Notes: a model not told the origin generated them from the letters alone. Counted from the whole stretch's first letter, positions 12,662 to 26,895 are shown. The stretch is 63,627 nucleotides of DNA, filler included, from Choristocarpus tenellus KU-1152 (GCA_964200185.2; 8 parts of 8 records of this genome joined end to end with filler, not necessarily neighbours in it), one strand, 5' to 3'. Translations and numbers: made by a program.

Positions 12662-14969
12662 AACTGATCTATCAAGTGCTGATATCTCTTGTTGGTCAGG
12701 ACAGCTCAGTGAACAGTGTTTTTCAGTTATGGAGCTGATACCATAGTGGGACTATAAGATATCGTTAGTAAATCCACAGTTTGTATGAGTGAGACATGAT
12801 ATCTGTGAAATTAAAGGCCCCATATTTAATCGCCACATTGTTAATTTGCTTGCATGGGGGTGTGTTTCTTGTTCTTGTAGACTGCTCTTATTAATGTTGA
12901 TATGAGAGGCATGGAGCCTTTCTTAAGTCGATGTCTGTTCATGCCCTGCTTCAATGAAGAGCTTGCTGAGGGGGGACTACCTCCTCACCTTCATAATGTT
13001 TTTGCATTGTTACTTGCATTGTAATTTGGAAACGCCTCATTATTTTTGATAAATTAATGAGAAGGTTGCAATCTTCAGTCCAATTTGACACACCTTATTG
13101 ACTGGAATGCCTTTGAATGTGTGTTCGGGATGTGAGGTCAAAACTTAAAATGACTTGATCCTGAGAGTGGACCATTCTTAGAAAAGGCTTTTAGTGACTT
13201 GGAGACTTACCTTTTCGTACTGAGGGTACAGTGGTTCACAAGTTGATTTGTTTATTACTTTTTGTGCCCATTGATATTTTACAGGTGTCATGGGGAAGAT
13301 TTGTATTGCCTCAAAGTACCTAAAGTAAATGCCCTGCAATACACTATACGTGCAGTTTTAGGTGCAGAGAATAGTTGTGAAGTAGTACTCTCCTTTCTTA
13401 AACCAACTAAACCAAACACTCTCTAGTGTCTGTGTATGATAACAACAGGCCTTCAAGCTTGAGCACGGAAAACCATCCTTCTTGCCATGTGCAATTCCGT
13501 GTTGAGGTTTTATCATTCATTCACACAAGCTGATTTTGATCAAATCTTGTCTACGAAATATTGGTGTTTCTTCAGCTCAGGGTGGTGACAGAGAAGTTCT
13601 CTCCTTCCATTCCTGCCACCAATACCCTTTTATTCATATTCTCTTCTCACGAGACATTGCTCTATTCAAGTCTTACCTACGATACCTAATCCTTCTACTG
13701 GTACATCCTCAGAAGCTCGCCCCCAAGGTGCAGAATAGAAAAAAAGGTCTTATCACAGCATCCTTCAGCTTTTCGAGGTGCAGCTAACTCCTAATGTTGT
13801 TGTTGCTGGTGTGAGACTGACCAGCCATGGGATCAAGTTTGACCATTGTCTCCCCTGAACGACTCCACAGTCCGTCCTTTTACCTAGACACTCATTGTCA
13901 GGTTCTGAACACCAGAGTTCTACAAGATCATTGACAAATTTACTCACTACTTTTCATTCACCATAGATGACACCACAATCCAATGCTGTAGTGAACCAGG
14001 TTTGCTCTGTGTGACGGTTGAGTCTCACCCGCATGGGACCAGAGTAAGAAGGATTAGAACTTCTGCACTGCCATTTGATCAGAATAAAAAAAAGATCCTA
14101 ACTGGATGTGAGGGAGAGAAATGTGGTGATTAGGATAAAATATGCCGCTGGTAGTACTCACGCTTCCACACATACAGATTTGTGCGACTGGCCAGCATCA
14201 CTCCAAAACATGTCTCATGTTTCACATAGGCAAAATATTTTGCTAGCTGGATTTCAAGTCTCATTAGTGGATGACACGGCTTATTTCTGTACTGCTGTAG
14301 GTTCACATCACTTGAAGTATTGATTGAAGTGCGAAAATGAACTCGTTGGGTTTTATTGAGAATAGGTTTTAATATCCGTTTTCTTCTATTTTCTCTTCCA
14401 AGTAGAGGTTTGTGCGTGCGTTTTAATTTTGATGTGGTTGAATAAGCACTACAACTCTGGCTGCCCTTGTAGAGTCGTATTCCAATGGTATACAACGAGA
14501 AGTAAAATCTCACAATAATAGCTGTAGTGTAATAGCAATGATATTGTGAGGATGCAGGTCAAAGGGGGAGAGGTATATAGATTTTTTTATTAGTTGTGCA
14601 GGAAAACCGATATTTCGACACTGCCGCCATCGATCTACATGTGAGTTGGTTACGGTTTGAGATTGATGAGGAAGGATGGTCCAGGCTCGGATACTTCCGT
14701 AACTAGTTGCTGGATCCATATTTTGTTGTAGTTATCATGCTTGTCACTACTTCATTACACTGCTGTTCTTCCGTGCCTTCGTGTAAGGTAACCTCACAAT
14801 CAGTGTCCGAGACCATCAACATAATCAATCTGATGCTGGTTGATAGAAGGTGATTGCGGAGGTGCAGCAGGGCAGCAAGTATGATCCCTTGATGCTTGGC
14901 GATATTGGGTGAGCTGCCGAAATGTTCGAGAACAATACTGAAACCATCTCAAAGTGTTGGACGGGTACA

Positions 14970-15147
14970 GACCCAAAGTATCTGGGGGGGGGGAGGGGTC
15001 TACACCAGGGTATCCATTTTAGGGCAAGATCAGGAAAAGTGTTACATTATCCATCTGACGTATGCAACCAAATCACCCAAAAATCGCGACGTGAAAAAAT
15101 TGACCCCAAATGGACAGCCGCCACCCCCCCCCCAGATCCTTTGAGCC
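14970..15147. mobile_element. MITE family A, complete copy (~180 bp)
   Basis: TIRs GACCCAAAGTATCTGGGGGGG ... CCCCCCCAGATCCTTTGAGCC; body matches 17031-17120 and, inverted, 55807-55986. Confidence 0.85.
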
Positions 15148-17030
15148 AGAAGGCCCAAAAGGATATCAGTGTTAAGGATCATAACAGTGATATGCCGTGA
15201 AGGGGAATTCTTGACTGCAAGGTTTTCAATCGACATCGAAGACCTACAAGATGCTCGCAAAATGATTTGTGTAACAAACTCTGCACGACATAGTGTGCCT
15301 TGGCAACTCAGCTGGGCATCCTGCTGTCCACTCTGCATGGCAATATAAAGAAGCTTGGTTTTAGGGTGTGCTCAACCATTCTTAAGCTGTTGCATATTGA
15401 TGAGTGCTGTTTAAACCTTCAATTGAATTTATCGTTGGTTCTCAAATAGTGCTCTGTGTAGAGGCTCGAAGACTTGTCTGTGAAGGGGTGACATAGTGCA
15501 CTGAAGCACCGATGAATTCAGAATGATGAATCTTCTGACATAGGCAGGTTGAATACTGTGATGTGAAGTGGGGGCGATACCAATCAAGAATAAAATAAAA
15601 CATACACCTTTCTAATTTCATCTGTGAGAAAAAACAAAGGAAGCCTGAGTGAAATTCTGAGTCAACGCATGTGTGCACATATAGAGTTTGCATGTCGAAG
15701 GATATCTGCTAATTCCAGGGATCAAGCGTACTATACCAACACATACTGGAGTCGTCAGTTGTTAAAATATAGGCTACTCATCTGTTTGTTCCTTGATACG
15801 ATACAATCCCACCAGTCCACACTGACTGTGTTTGGTCTGTTACTTTCTGGACGTTAGTTTCACTTGTTCGTCATCACCACATCAACTACAATCAGAACAC
15901 CTTAGTACAGAACAGTCGCTCTACGTTCCACACATATAGTATAGTATAGGTCACGTCACTTGAGTTGCATCACATTATTGTCTCAATTTTGTTCTGTTGT
16001 TCTGTTGTTCTGTTGTTTGTTTTTCTTTTACTCTTCCTTCTTATCAGCAGAAGATGACAGTTATACATTGATGTTTGATTTATATTTCTTACGTGACTGC
16101 CATTGATCCCTCAAATTGCACCAAAAGCCACTCTGCAACTGTGTATCAAACACACACATGGATGTAATAGAATCAGAGTTAAAACCATCCGCGGAAACCC
16201 TTGCCAGCCNNNNNNNNNNCTCTCCACAGAGCATGGACTTTTTTTTTTTTTTTTCACATGAAAGAATACTGAATCACATCACATCATTCTGGATTGAGCA
16301 ACCAAGAATACTGAATTCACATCATATCATTCTTGACCGAGAGATCAATGACCTTAGTTACAACAGAATAAATACATCGGTGCTTTGCAGCATAATCACA
16401 CCTATACGTAACGTATAGACTACGCATATCACTCATCGGTGCTTTGCAACACCATGATTCCTCATCGTTTGTAGTCTACGCATTCTGCTTACATCATGTA
16501 CGATGCATTCGATTCAGGTTTCAGCATCAGTATGTCATGTTCATATACCGTGTACAGCGGTACATGTGTGATCTAGGTGCTTGCACACTAAGCGACCAGC
16601 ACAAGTTGACGAATCAACAGTCAACAGAGGTTGATATTGTACAGTATCTATGAGCTAAGAAGAGGGTAGCTTATGAATTAACGATTGCTGCAAGTTACAA
16701 AGGTTGAGGTAGGCAATGTACTGGATCACCAAGGGACCTCGAGCTCGAAGACCTCCTACCATTTCGAAGCCTTTGTGTGTGTAGACGAGATGTGGTCTTC
16801 ATGTACAATGACTGTCAAAATAATCTCTATGATGATTATGGGTGTCGTGCCTGCAAGGTGCAGTGTAAGGGACGTGTTACTGGAAATTCCAAGCTGCGCT
16901 CTATTTCCAAAAATCCAAACAATCACTATGGTTTTGAACAGGTAAAGGATACATCATCCTACGTACTCCAGTACATATTACAAAAACCGCAATAATAGTA
17001 AATGTCAGGGATAGATCCTATTTGGGATCT

Positions 17031-17120
17031 GACCTAAAGTATCTGGGGGGGGGGGGGGCTAGACCAGGGTGTCCATTTGGCCCAAAATAAGGAAAAGTGC
17101 ATTTAAATTATACATCCGAC
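17031..17120. mobile_element. MITE family A, truncated by contig end
   Basis: GACCTAAAGTATCTG(n)...ACCAGGGTGTCCATTT...AGGAAAAGTG matches the 14970 copy. Confidence 0.8.
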
Positions 17121-17220
17121 NNNNNNNNNNNNNNNNNNNNNNNNNNNNNNNNNNNNNNNNNNNNTTAATTAATTAANNNNNNNNNNNNNNNNNNNNNNNN
17201 NNNNNNNNNNNNNNNNNNNN
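17121..17220. other. Artificial contig spacer
   Basis: 44 N + TTAATTAATTAA + 44 N. Confidence 0.99.
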
Positions 17221-19654
17221 CATTCAAAAAGGGGCCCTTAAAAGGTGCCGCAACATTTACAAAAAAATACATATCAGTACTTTTTCCGCACCATTTTGGG
17301 TCAAAACCATCCTCAATTTTTAAAATCCATTGTTAGATATTCAAAAGTGAACAAAAGATTCGCCAAACCTGTGATTGGGAAGAAAGGAGATACACATGCA
17401 CCACAAAACAACTAATCTGCACACAACAAAGGTCATCACAGAGTGGGGCAGATACAAGAGCAAAACACAATCCCTCCATTGGCTTTAAGATGCTAACAGA
17501 ATGCGCACCCGCGCATTATCATACATCCTCAGATTGGACCACATTTCAACCACCTCCCCACCAGAGACAAACTAGTACTTTATTCATCAGAAATTTCTAA
17601 AATATGTTCCCTCCCACAGAAGAACTGGATGGCCTAGGAAGTTCAATTTCTAGGATATCTCACTCTGGGTTTGAATGAGTCGCTCTGGATTTCACAAGGT
17701 CTGCTATTTCTTGTTCCTCCCATCATCGTTAAGTTATGTCAGTTCTCATGTTCTCACAAGGAATTGACAAGTCATCCACACTTGTACAACGACTCAGCCC
17801 AGCCATGGCAACATTGTTCTAGGGTCCCTTTATGTGAGTGTGCTTGAGGTTGAGTGGATAAAGGAGTCTATTACCTGCTTGTATTTCACGGAGAGTTTTA
17901 AACCCCATGCAATACAGGCCTTTTTCTAACCAGTCGGGTTTAGATTATCCAATTCTACACGATACACACAACACATTGGACACCAGTACCATCTATCTCT
18001 CACTATTCAAGAAAGATGCCGTGCCAGGATTGAGGCATCCATGCCGACACGAGTCCAGCACAGGGTTCGAGGAGGAGGCAAAGCGCTGAAGGTTCTTTTA
18101 TAGTAGTGCTGAACCCACAATCAAGGAACGGAGGCAGTACAACGAGTCACAAATACAACTAGTTCCATATACGTACAGTAGTTACAGCATTCTGTATGTA
18201 GTATGCAAATTACTTAATTGTAACAAGGAAGTTTGGGAATGAGCTACTGGTACAGAGTTGTGCACATTGATCTTTCTTTACAGCAAGCACCATCAGTTAG
18301 ACTTTAGTCTCAGACCATCAAAGTGCTGTAAGAACCTGTACACTGTATAGATTCAACAAGGCGCAATTATTGTGTCATTCTGAACGTTCTTACCTCAGGT
18401 GTCTATCGCAGTTCAACAGTCAAACAAGTCCATCTGCTCGATCTCCAAGCCATCACCAATTTCCCCACACCTCCCACTGGGAATGATGAATGAGGTGGTA
18501 GACTAATCCTACACTCTTTCCAACTACTACATAGAGGCAAAACATACAACATGAAGTGTTAAGAACCTACAACAAAAATAGTGAGAGATGAGGTATCTGT
18601 TTGTTCTATCAGTGCCCGTATGTTCCCCTATACATACTGAAAATACAGTCACACACAGACGATCTAGGTGTAGATGCTAGCATGTAAATAGGTAAGGACA
18701 TCATAGTTCTCCAAAACTGGTTGTATACATGCGGGCAGCATTAATACAAATAGGGATGCCTCTGATATGATCCTTTCAATCTGAAAGAAGAGAACTTACG
18801 TTATTGAGATGAGGGAAGAAGATGGACAGGAGGGCAATACGTCACTGCAGGAGAAGAAGGATTGTTCTTTCTCAGAACAGATCATATGAAACCACTGTAG
18901 TAGTTATGTACTAGTGAAAATATAACAAGCTCTTAAGTGGGGAAAGGGTCAAGAACGCATGTCCATACCACAAGAAGAGCCATCGAAAATAATGGTAAAC
19001 CCAGCCGTATCACAATGTTCACAAAGTCGTGAACTCCTCATATTCAAGAGCTTTCTCAACATCCTCAGGAGGAAAGAGCATACTGAGAATGGTGACTGCC
19101 TCAGACATGAGACCAAAAATGCAAACAGACCAAAAGGCTTTTCAGTAGACAGGGGGGGCAGGCGAGGCAGGAGGGGCGCATCCGCCCAAGACCTCCCAGC
19201 TCCACAGTTCAAACATCACAAGGGAGGAGGGGAAAAGGGGAACACAGTTCACAAACTATTGTATCCATAGTACAACACAACCTTCCCTTTTTACCACTTC
19301 TCTGTCCCAGTATTGATCGACGCGCAATATTCCCGCCTCCATATTTTGCAAAACATGGTAAGGACTCCCTTCCTACCAAAGAGAAGACCCCAAAAAAGAC
19401 AGGGCCATGATGACACACTCAACGAATACTAAATTGCATGTGACAAAACACACTGCCCTCAACTATCAAAGCCAAACCCCCAATCTGCAATAGGAGCACC
19501 ATACTCTAACCTCTAGCCAAGCCACAAATATCATCTTATGCTTGGTCTATGGTGCACCCACTTATCACGCCTGATCTATTGGTTTTGACATCATGCCCTC
19601 CCCTTTCACATGGATGACTGGGGTGGGTAAAGTAGATGGGCTGCCGTTTTCTTC

Positions 19655-20437
19655 TTAGATCTTGATGCCTCCCTCAGGCTCAAACTTGGCACCAAGCTCA
19701 GCGAGCTTCTTGTGAGCCTGTCAATGAGGTTCGCGGTTTGCAGTCAGACAAGCAGCACATTTAAACGCATTCGCAAGATAGTCCAAAAAAATACTCTCAA
19801 CAAAACACACAGTTGTTTCTAATCCAGACGCTTGAATTTCTATTCTGGAATACCACGTGACACACACCTCTACACATCTCTAGCACTGCAATTCCGTGGT
19901 ACCAACAGCGGTGCTAGTAGAACACAACAGAGTCTCCAAACAGATAGATTACACTGTATTACCATTGAATCAATAAAAAATAAAACACGGGTCGCTACAT
20001 CATAAACACCAAAAAATAAAACATGCATAGTACCCACCAGGCGGTACAACAAATATATACATCCAGGAAGGTGAAACAAAAAAAATGTCCATTTAGTGTT
20101 TAAGGCACTTCAAAGAGTCCAAGCCGAGAAAATGAACGTATTGTCTACTCCCCCTAAAAATGTCACTTTCTAGGCCCCCTACCAAAAAAAAAAACATTTA
20201 CACCCAGCAACACCACTTCTTCCAACTCTTCTCAAAACATTAAATTTTTACCAATCATATATATATATATAAATATGTACAATACTCACCACAGCATAGT
20301 CAGCGAAAAACACATCCTGGTCAGCCTTGTACTTTTGGGCATGAGGCAAGTAGCCCTCGTCAGCAAAAAGACTCTTGTCTGTCTCAAGCTTCAGCAGCTC
20401 TGGGTCGCACCCCTCATCAGGTACAGTGGCAAAGTAG
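19655..20437 (-). CDS. APX: Ascorbate peroxidase (class I heme peroxidase), last two exons only
   Basis: Exons 20437-20290 and 19717-19655 with GT-AG sites give YFATVPDEGCDPELLKLETDKSLFADEGYLPHAQKYKADQDVFFADYAV|AHKKLAELGAKFEPEGGIKI*, the typical APX C-terminus. Upstream exons were not found on this contig. Confidence 0.9.
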
Positions 20438-20969
20438 CTGCGGAGAGATCCAAATTTTGTCAGTGTAGGGTACAGGAAACAAAAAAGATACAAAAGTTAA
20501 ATAAAATCCTATTTACAGTTGGTTGATCTCCTTCATATCGATAGTTGCAATCAAGAGGCAAATTTTCATCTTCGGGGACCTTCGGATCCAACCTGTATGA
20601 GTGAGTGAGTGAACACAGTAGTAGATAGAAATATGTCAAGGCTGAAAAAGCAACATACTCATCTGTCAACCAGTAAGTAAGTAAGTATCGATGGGATGGA
20701 TAGCATACGAGCAATTGTCACCCAAAAAATTAAGCGTTCAAAAAGAAGAAAAGTTAGAATCTGTAAGACAGTTACTCGACTATTCAGTGCACCATCATCG
20801 CGATTGTTGGCACACACCCGTAGTTGCTTTGTTTCTTCAAAAGAAAGGACAGGCATGGAATAGACTATCTGTACATCTCTATTTCCCTCAGATTAGATAG
20901 ACAGGCACACAGGTCCACACCGAGTGCCCGGAGGATTCCTCCTCCAGGGGGGGGACTTTCTGTTTTTAG

Positions 20970-21077
20970 AAAGGGTAAAAGGGAGTGTACTCAGAGAGGG
21001 TGTAAGGGAGTGTACACGAGAAGGGTACAAAGGAGTGTACACGGGAAGGGTACAAAGGAGTGTACACGGGAGGGGTA
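20970..21077. repeat. 24-bp minisatellite, 4-5 units
   Basis: Repeated AGGAGTGTACACGGGAAGGGTACA-like units running into the contig end. Confidence 0.9.
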
Positions 21078-21177
21078 NNNNNNNNNNNNNNNNNNNNNNN
21101 NNNNNNNNNNNNNNNNNNNNNTTAATTAATTAANNNNNNNNNNNNNNNNNNNNNNNNNNNNNNNNNNNNNNNNNNNN
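21078..21177. other. Artificial contig spacer
   Basis: 44 N + TTAATTAATTAA + 44 N. Confidence 0.99.
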
Positions 21178-21236
21178 CATTACTATCCCCTGGCATACTG
21201 TATTGCAGTAGTGTTGTGGTGTACGACTTCAGAGCT

Positions 21237-24200
21237 ATGGCGGATTGGGAGCTGATCGTAATCGACATGGAGGATATTGATGCTCCAATCAACCTCATAA
21301 AGGTTGAACAGGAGAATCGAGTTGCTTCTGGAGGCCCCCGTCTCAGTGTCGAAGTCCCCCAATCCATAGTTACCCTCTCCATCCCCGATTACCCCTGTAT
21401 CCTCAAATGTTTCCCCTTCCCCATCTCAGACAACTATGCTTTTTTTCTTCCGCGCGTTCTTTCTCTTTTCCAGTCTTGAGTATGCTCTCTGGTACATCTT
21501 GACTGTTGCTGGACCTGTCTTGAGACATCTCTATCCCACTCCCTATCAGGCATGTAGAGATTATGGATTCTTCTACCTTATCAATCACGGAATATCAGAC
21601 GAGTTTGTGGCCGAGGTCTTCACGCAGTCGCGAGCATTTTTCTCCCTCCCGATCGAGCAGAAGGATCTCGTGCTGGTGGATAAGAAAAACAGGGGGTTTA
21701 CCCCAATGGGCGAGCAGAGTCTGGATCCTGTAGACCAGACTCAAGGGGATACCAAGGCGAGTTTGACCCTCTCGATACTAGTCTTGTCCCTTCAATATTT
21801 TCGTAATTGCGGACAATTCATGGCAATGGCCGCTCCTTCCTTAATACTACTCAACAATACGTTGCACAAAGGGTCAACCCCAATGAGTTTGCTTGTGACG
21901 GACGCTGAACTTGCAAGACCTGAATCGAATGGCAATTCGCATAGACTCGCCTTTGTCAAACTATCAGGTCTGGTGGCTTTGCTTCTTCTTCGTCCGCCTA
22001 ATGTTAATGGAAATGACAAGTTTTGGCATGTTGAACTGCCTGCGCAGCTACTACTTTTTGTGTCCATTGTCCTTGTTCTGGATTGTCGATTTGAACAACC
22101 ACACAATACTTATACTTAGTTTGAAGTCTTGAACACAGATGTGCACCGTCCAACCCTTAGCAAATCAAACGCCTTTCCATTATTACTTTCTGCAAACTAC
22201 TCATTACTAATCTGATCAAGTCTATGTTGCCCTTGAAACTGTTTTTCACACGATGCAATTAGCAGAAACCTGAGGGTTATCTATGCTCCTTGCTTTTCTT
22301 GGTCATGACTGTTAATCAATGTTTTAAATTGGGGTATGTAGTTCGCAGACCGTCCACTTATCTAGAAAATTTCTGACTTCCGTCCAGTAAGAAGTCGGAG
22401 GTGGCAGGAATGGCATGGCTCTACACTTTACCTTGAGCAGTTTACCCAACTCCACATGTAAGGTCATTGGTTTCATTCTTAATCGTACCATATCGCCCAG
22501 TAAACTGGAACGAAATTTTACACACAGTTTGTTAAGATAGAAAATGTTGTAGACGAATGCTTCATACTTCTATTACATTCTATGTAGTGTATATATCAGG
22601 CAGTGTTCTGAATAGGATTGATTCTTGAAACCGCAATGGTTGAATTGTGCTGGGAAAACCCAGAGCCAAATTATCTTAGAGGGTAGAGCCGTGTCCATTT
22701 GGTGGCTAAAATCTAATGTTGCGATTTTGATGAAATTTTGGCTATCATGTTTGTTAGGAAGTGTCAGTATCCATGTTTCGGACACACATTTTCATAGCGT
22801 ATACGCTTTCCCTACTCCGAAACATTTTGGAGTAGGAAAATGTCATAAAAGAACCCATGGGAAGCCAAACCCCAAATGGACAAACAGGGAAAACTCGTAC
22901 CCTCAAGATTATTTCACCCCCACTACTTCGAAGTATACCATTCAGTCCTCTCAGTGCTGAATAGTCACAAAAGAATATCAACTCCCAGTCGTACCTATTT
23001 ACCTTCAAGAGACCTGGACACCAGATTTCTCCGTCTTCGTTACATTTTGCAAATCACAGGTCTTTGTCCTTCCCTTCCCCTGCACCAACCCACAGCTTCC
23101 ATACTGTTTTCCTACCCTACATGAATACAGGAAGGTTACTACATTTACAGAAATACCAAGGGCAAAAGCGAGGAAAAAAAGCCACTGAGGGGACAAAACC
23201 AATGGCCTTCAGGAGACACTTTGCCAGGGTAAGACAACGGCCACTTGTGTGCTCTGCACCTGATACAATCAATGAGAAAGACTATCTTGGCGTACACATT
23301 TCATCATTTCCCCTTGAGAGCACCACCACCCAGTAGAACAAGTGAGTTTCCAAGCTTGTCGTTAGTGCCCTAGTAGGTAAGATGGACATTGTTGTTTGTT
23401 TGTTTGGCTCACAAAACCCCAATAACAGGGAGGAAAACTCCATCATGGGTAGGTACCCCGTTGTGTGTTAAGTACGACCCCAGTTGAGATTTGGGAATTT
23501 GTCTGCTGCTAACTGGAGCATATTTGAAGGCCCAACCTTCTTTATGTTACAGGTGGAGGAAGACAATGGAAGAGTACTATGATGCTATGAATGCACTCGG
23601 TGCTCGACTGGCAAAGATCTTGGCTGTAGGGCTTAACCTTGAGCCCTCATATTTTGAAGGCATGTTTATGGAGCCCATGTCAGCACTGAGGCTCCTCCAC
23701 TACTCTGCAAAGGTAATCATTGCCACAGGTGTTCTGGAGTTTATGGTGAGGGTGGTGAATTGATGGAGGAGCAAGCAAAGTGAAGACTTCCAGTGTTTGA
23801 TGTTTTTCTGGGCAACGTGTAAAGTCTGCCTTTCTAACCACAAAAAACATCAGAATATCTAGCTTCAATCAAGACGGCTACACTTATATTCAGATCACAA
23901 GACTCACTCAATTTCAGCATGACGACACACACACACACAGATGTAGCATTGTTTCTCACCAATTGACAAACATGGACAGTGCCATTTTTTCCAAGGTTAA
24001 AGATGTGCTGCTTACTGCTAAATGTGTACTTAACTAAATTGCAAATATTGAGCCTTGTTCATGATGCCCCCTGTGCCTTTTTGCTTTTGAATCTGCTACT
24101 AAGGTTTCCAATCCAGGTGAGGGGATTCTGGGTGCAGGAGCACACACCGACTGGGGACTACTGACATTTTTGGCAATGGTGAGTGTTTTTTGCTCTTAGC

Positions 24201-25409
24201 AGGCCCACCTCTTGCTTGAAGTAGTGTTAGGCCTTGCGCAGCATTGCTACTACTCGAGGACTCTTGACTATTAGGAATAGGTAAGAGTGAGAGTTACCTG
24301 AGGTTTTGGTATGAATAATTATGTAGGGATGGAGCATTCTAATCCAATCACTTCTTGTTCTTACTATGCTATTCACTGACCCTGCATCAAATTGCTTGGG
24401 TGTTACTCCTTTTGATATTAGGACAATGTACCAGGTTTGCAAGTGCTTCACAATGGTGCATGGCGCGATGTACCCCCAGTGGCAGGTGCATTCATTTGCA
24501 ACGTGGGAGACATGCTGAAGCGCTGGTACAAGCACATTTCATCCCCCCATTGAAATGATAGCTCTAATGCCGAAAAGAGCTTGAACTGTACATCCTCTGT
24601 GATCATCCTCCGGATCTACATGTTGAATATTCTTCTTGCTGTAGAGGCTTCATACTCAGTGGTAGTTTCTGTCATTGCTAGCCGACTGGCCAGGCATTTC
24701 CTGCATTGTGGATTGCTGTGACCATTGTCTACATAATTCCTTACCCTCGATTCTGGAGAGCTCGCTGGGAATTGTTTCATTCTGCTTTATCTCTTCAACT
24801 CGAGAACCTCACCATTTCACCTATGCCTGCTCTGCCATATGATGTGATCTCCTTGGTTGTGTGCCTTTGTTTACTCCTTTCAGTCTGTTCCTGCTGACCC
24901 ATGAGATTTCTCAATTTTACATTCAATATGCAGGACAAATGACCACCTGCACTCTGCAAAGCATCGGGTGGTGAATCGCCTTGGTTGTGAACGCTACAGT
25001 GTGCCGTTTTTCTTTGAGCCAGCTTTCGATACAGAGGTGCGATATAAGGAATATTGTGACCGTACTGTGTCTCTGCTCTTATGCAGGAGCACTTTTGTGT
25101 CACTGTTTTTGATGTCATAATACTTGTTGCTTCAATGGTTAGAAATAAGGCAAAGCAGGATCCGCAAACTGAAATAATGATGTCTGATCTGTGTTAGCAT
25201 TTGCGGACATCGATTTGCATACATATTCCCACCACTCTTGTGTGCGGCCCGTGTCTTCATCCATGGACACACAGGTCATGTGCATGCCACAGTTTTGCTC
25301 AGACAAAAACCCAACCAAGTACCCACCCACCACATGTGGTCAGTACCTCCTGGACAAGCACATTCTTACAAGCACTGTTTTCAAGACTCAAGGAGAGGGC
25401 GGGGCTTGA
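21237..25409 (+). CDS. 2-oxoglutarate/Fe(II)-dependent oxygenase (isopenicillin N synthase-like, DIOX_N + 2OG-FeII_Oxy), complete
   Basis: Eight phase-compatible exons: 21237-21302, 21550-21756 (GC donor), 23131-23228, 23553-23712, 24104-24178, 24422-24525, 24934-25036, 25275-25409. Motifs ACRDYGFFYLINHGI, GDTK|EGYY, LRLLHY, GAHTDWG (HxD), NVGDML, KHRV (distal His) and RYS (2OG binding). Confidence 0.95.
22663..22919. mobile_element. MITE family B (~255 bp) in intron 2 of the oxygenase
   Basis: TIRs GAGCCAAATTATCTTAGAGGGTA ... TACCCTCAAGATTATTTCACCC; colinear with 39140-39397; flanked by CCA on both sides. Confidence 0.85.
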
Positions 25410-26489
25410 AAAAATATTATTTTAGAGTTTCAAATTGAGTGTTTGTGTTTCATAGAAAGGGACTGCATGGAGAGGGGGAAGAGTTGTTACAGTAATATCA
25501 AGAGCCACGATTGTTGTATTGCAGCCTTGTGCCCCATGGCAGGATGCAGGGGAAACTTAGCCTTGCAGACCTGGATGGGATGCTGATGTTTGTGCCCGTT
25601 GTCCAAGGCTTGTCTGGAGTCTGGAGATGGCTCTTACGAGATTTGGCTGACCAAAGCAGTTTATGGTTGGAAAAAGTCAAACCAATATCACAAGAATGTC
25701 AGAGGGCATAATAATGTAATTATGTATGACAAGGTCCCCTTTATTGTAAGAACATTATATATATACTATACAGTGGCAGTGTACCAGTATCCACATCATA
25801 AGTACTGCCCAGTGCGGTGCATGATCATGAGTTACCGTTGCACTTTGTATTGTTATGGTAAGTTTGACACATTTGGTGTATGTTCTTCAACATACAAACT
25901 ATTCAGTACGTAACACCAACGAGTTGACTAAGCATTAGGCTTGAGTCTCTTTTACTTTTTTTCTCATAGGTACGTCGTTCTATAGTTATTTCAAGGTGTT
26001 GCCCCCCTCTTCTGACTTCCAATTCACTCTACAATAAATGTACCTTGACGAACAACTGGATGGGATATATACTCAGAATTTATGCATCCACAAGCCTCTA
26101 CTCAAAGCATGCACCACTATCCTGGACTACACCACCGAATAGTGCTGGTTTAAAAAGTATTCAATTAGCCTCTTCACAGAGCATGTCACAAGTTGCATCG
26201 CATTGAATTCCATCAGTGCTTCAGTGCAACTAGGTCACCTCTTCGCTTTACAAGACTTCAAGCCACTACACAAACCACTTTATTAGGAGAACCAATGATT
26301 CATGCAATTCATTTTTTAATATGTTATTTATTGCCTCCTCTTTTCGCGGCACCTCTTCCTTACAATTATCTTCCTCTCAAATAATTATCTCACGAGTACG
26401 GGATGCACGAGATGGAAACGTTCTCTCCTTCTCCTTTCAAAACAGTGTAATAATAGATGTGTTAGTAGTAGTAGTGTAATTGTTCCCGG

Positions 26490-26895
26490 TTGAAAGTTTT
26501 GGATGCCTTGGTAAGCACCAGAAAGTTTCTGGATGAGTTAGTTACACACACAGTAAGGGGGAGAGGATCAGGAAGTTACATCAGGAAAGGAACTGTCAAA
26601 TCCCTTTTGCGACAGTGTCTGTCACAACACAAGTGGCTCTATCAATATGTGTCACGCGTTTTTAGCTGGAGACCTCAGGCAGATGGGTAAGGAGGGGCTT
26701 GTCAGATACTTAGGATGCTTCTCTAGCTCATCGCCCTGTGGTGTAGGGTTAAGCTAGGTTGGAGGCATAGCAGGGGAGTGGTGTAGCATATCTGGTGGTC
26801 AACTGATAGATTTTAGAGAGATATCTTTCACTATGGAGGACAACTGTTACTTTTACAGGGGTCTTTACGATATTGATGTGGCTTTTCCCCTGACA
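26490..26895 (+). mobile_element. 3' end of the CRE/R2-like LINE
   Basis: KFLDELVTHTVRGRG...RKGTVKSLLRQ followed by the same 3' non-coding tail (CAGGCAGATGGG...TAAGCTAGG...GGCATAGCAG) as 6970-7070. Confidence 0.65.

Noticed and set aside
21436-22119. 227-aa ORF as a stand-alone gene
   Set aside because: Only 21550-21756 resembles the oxygenase; the rest is read-through into introns.
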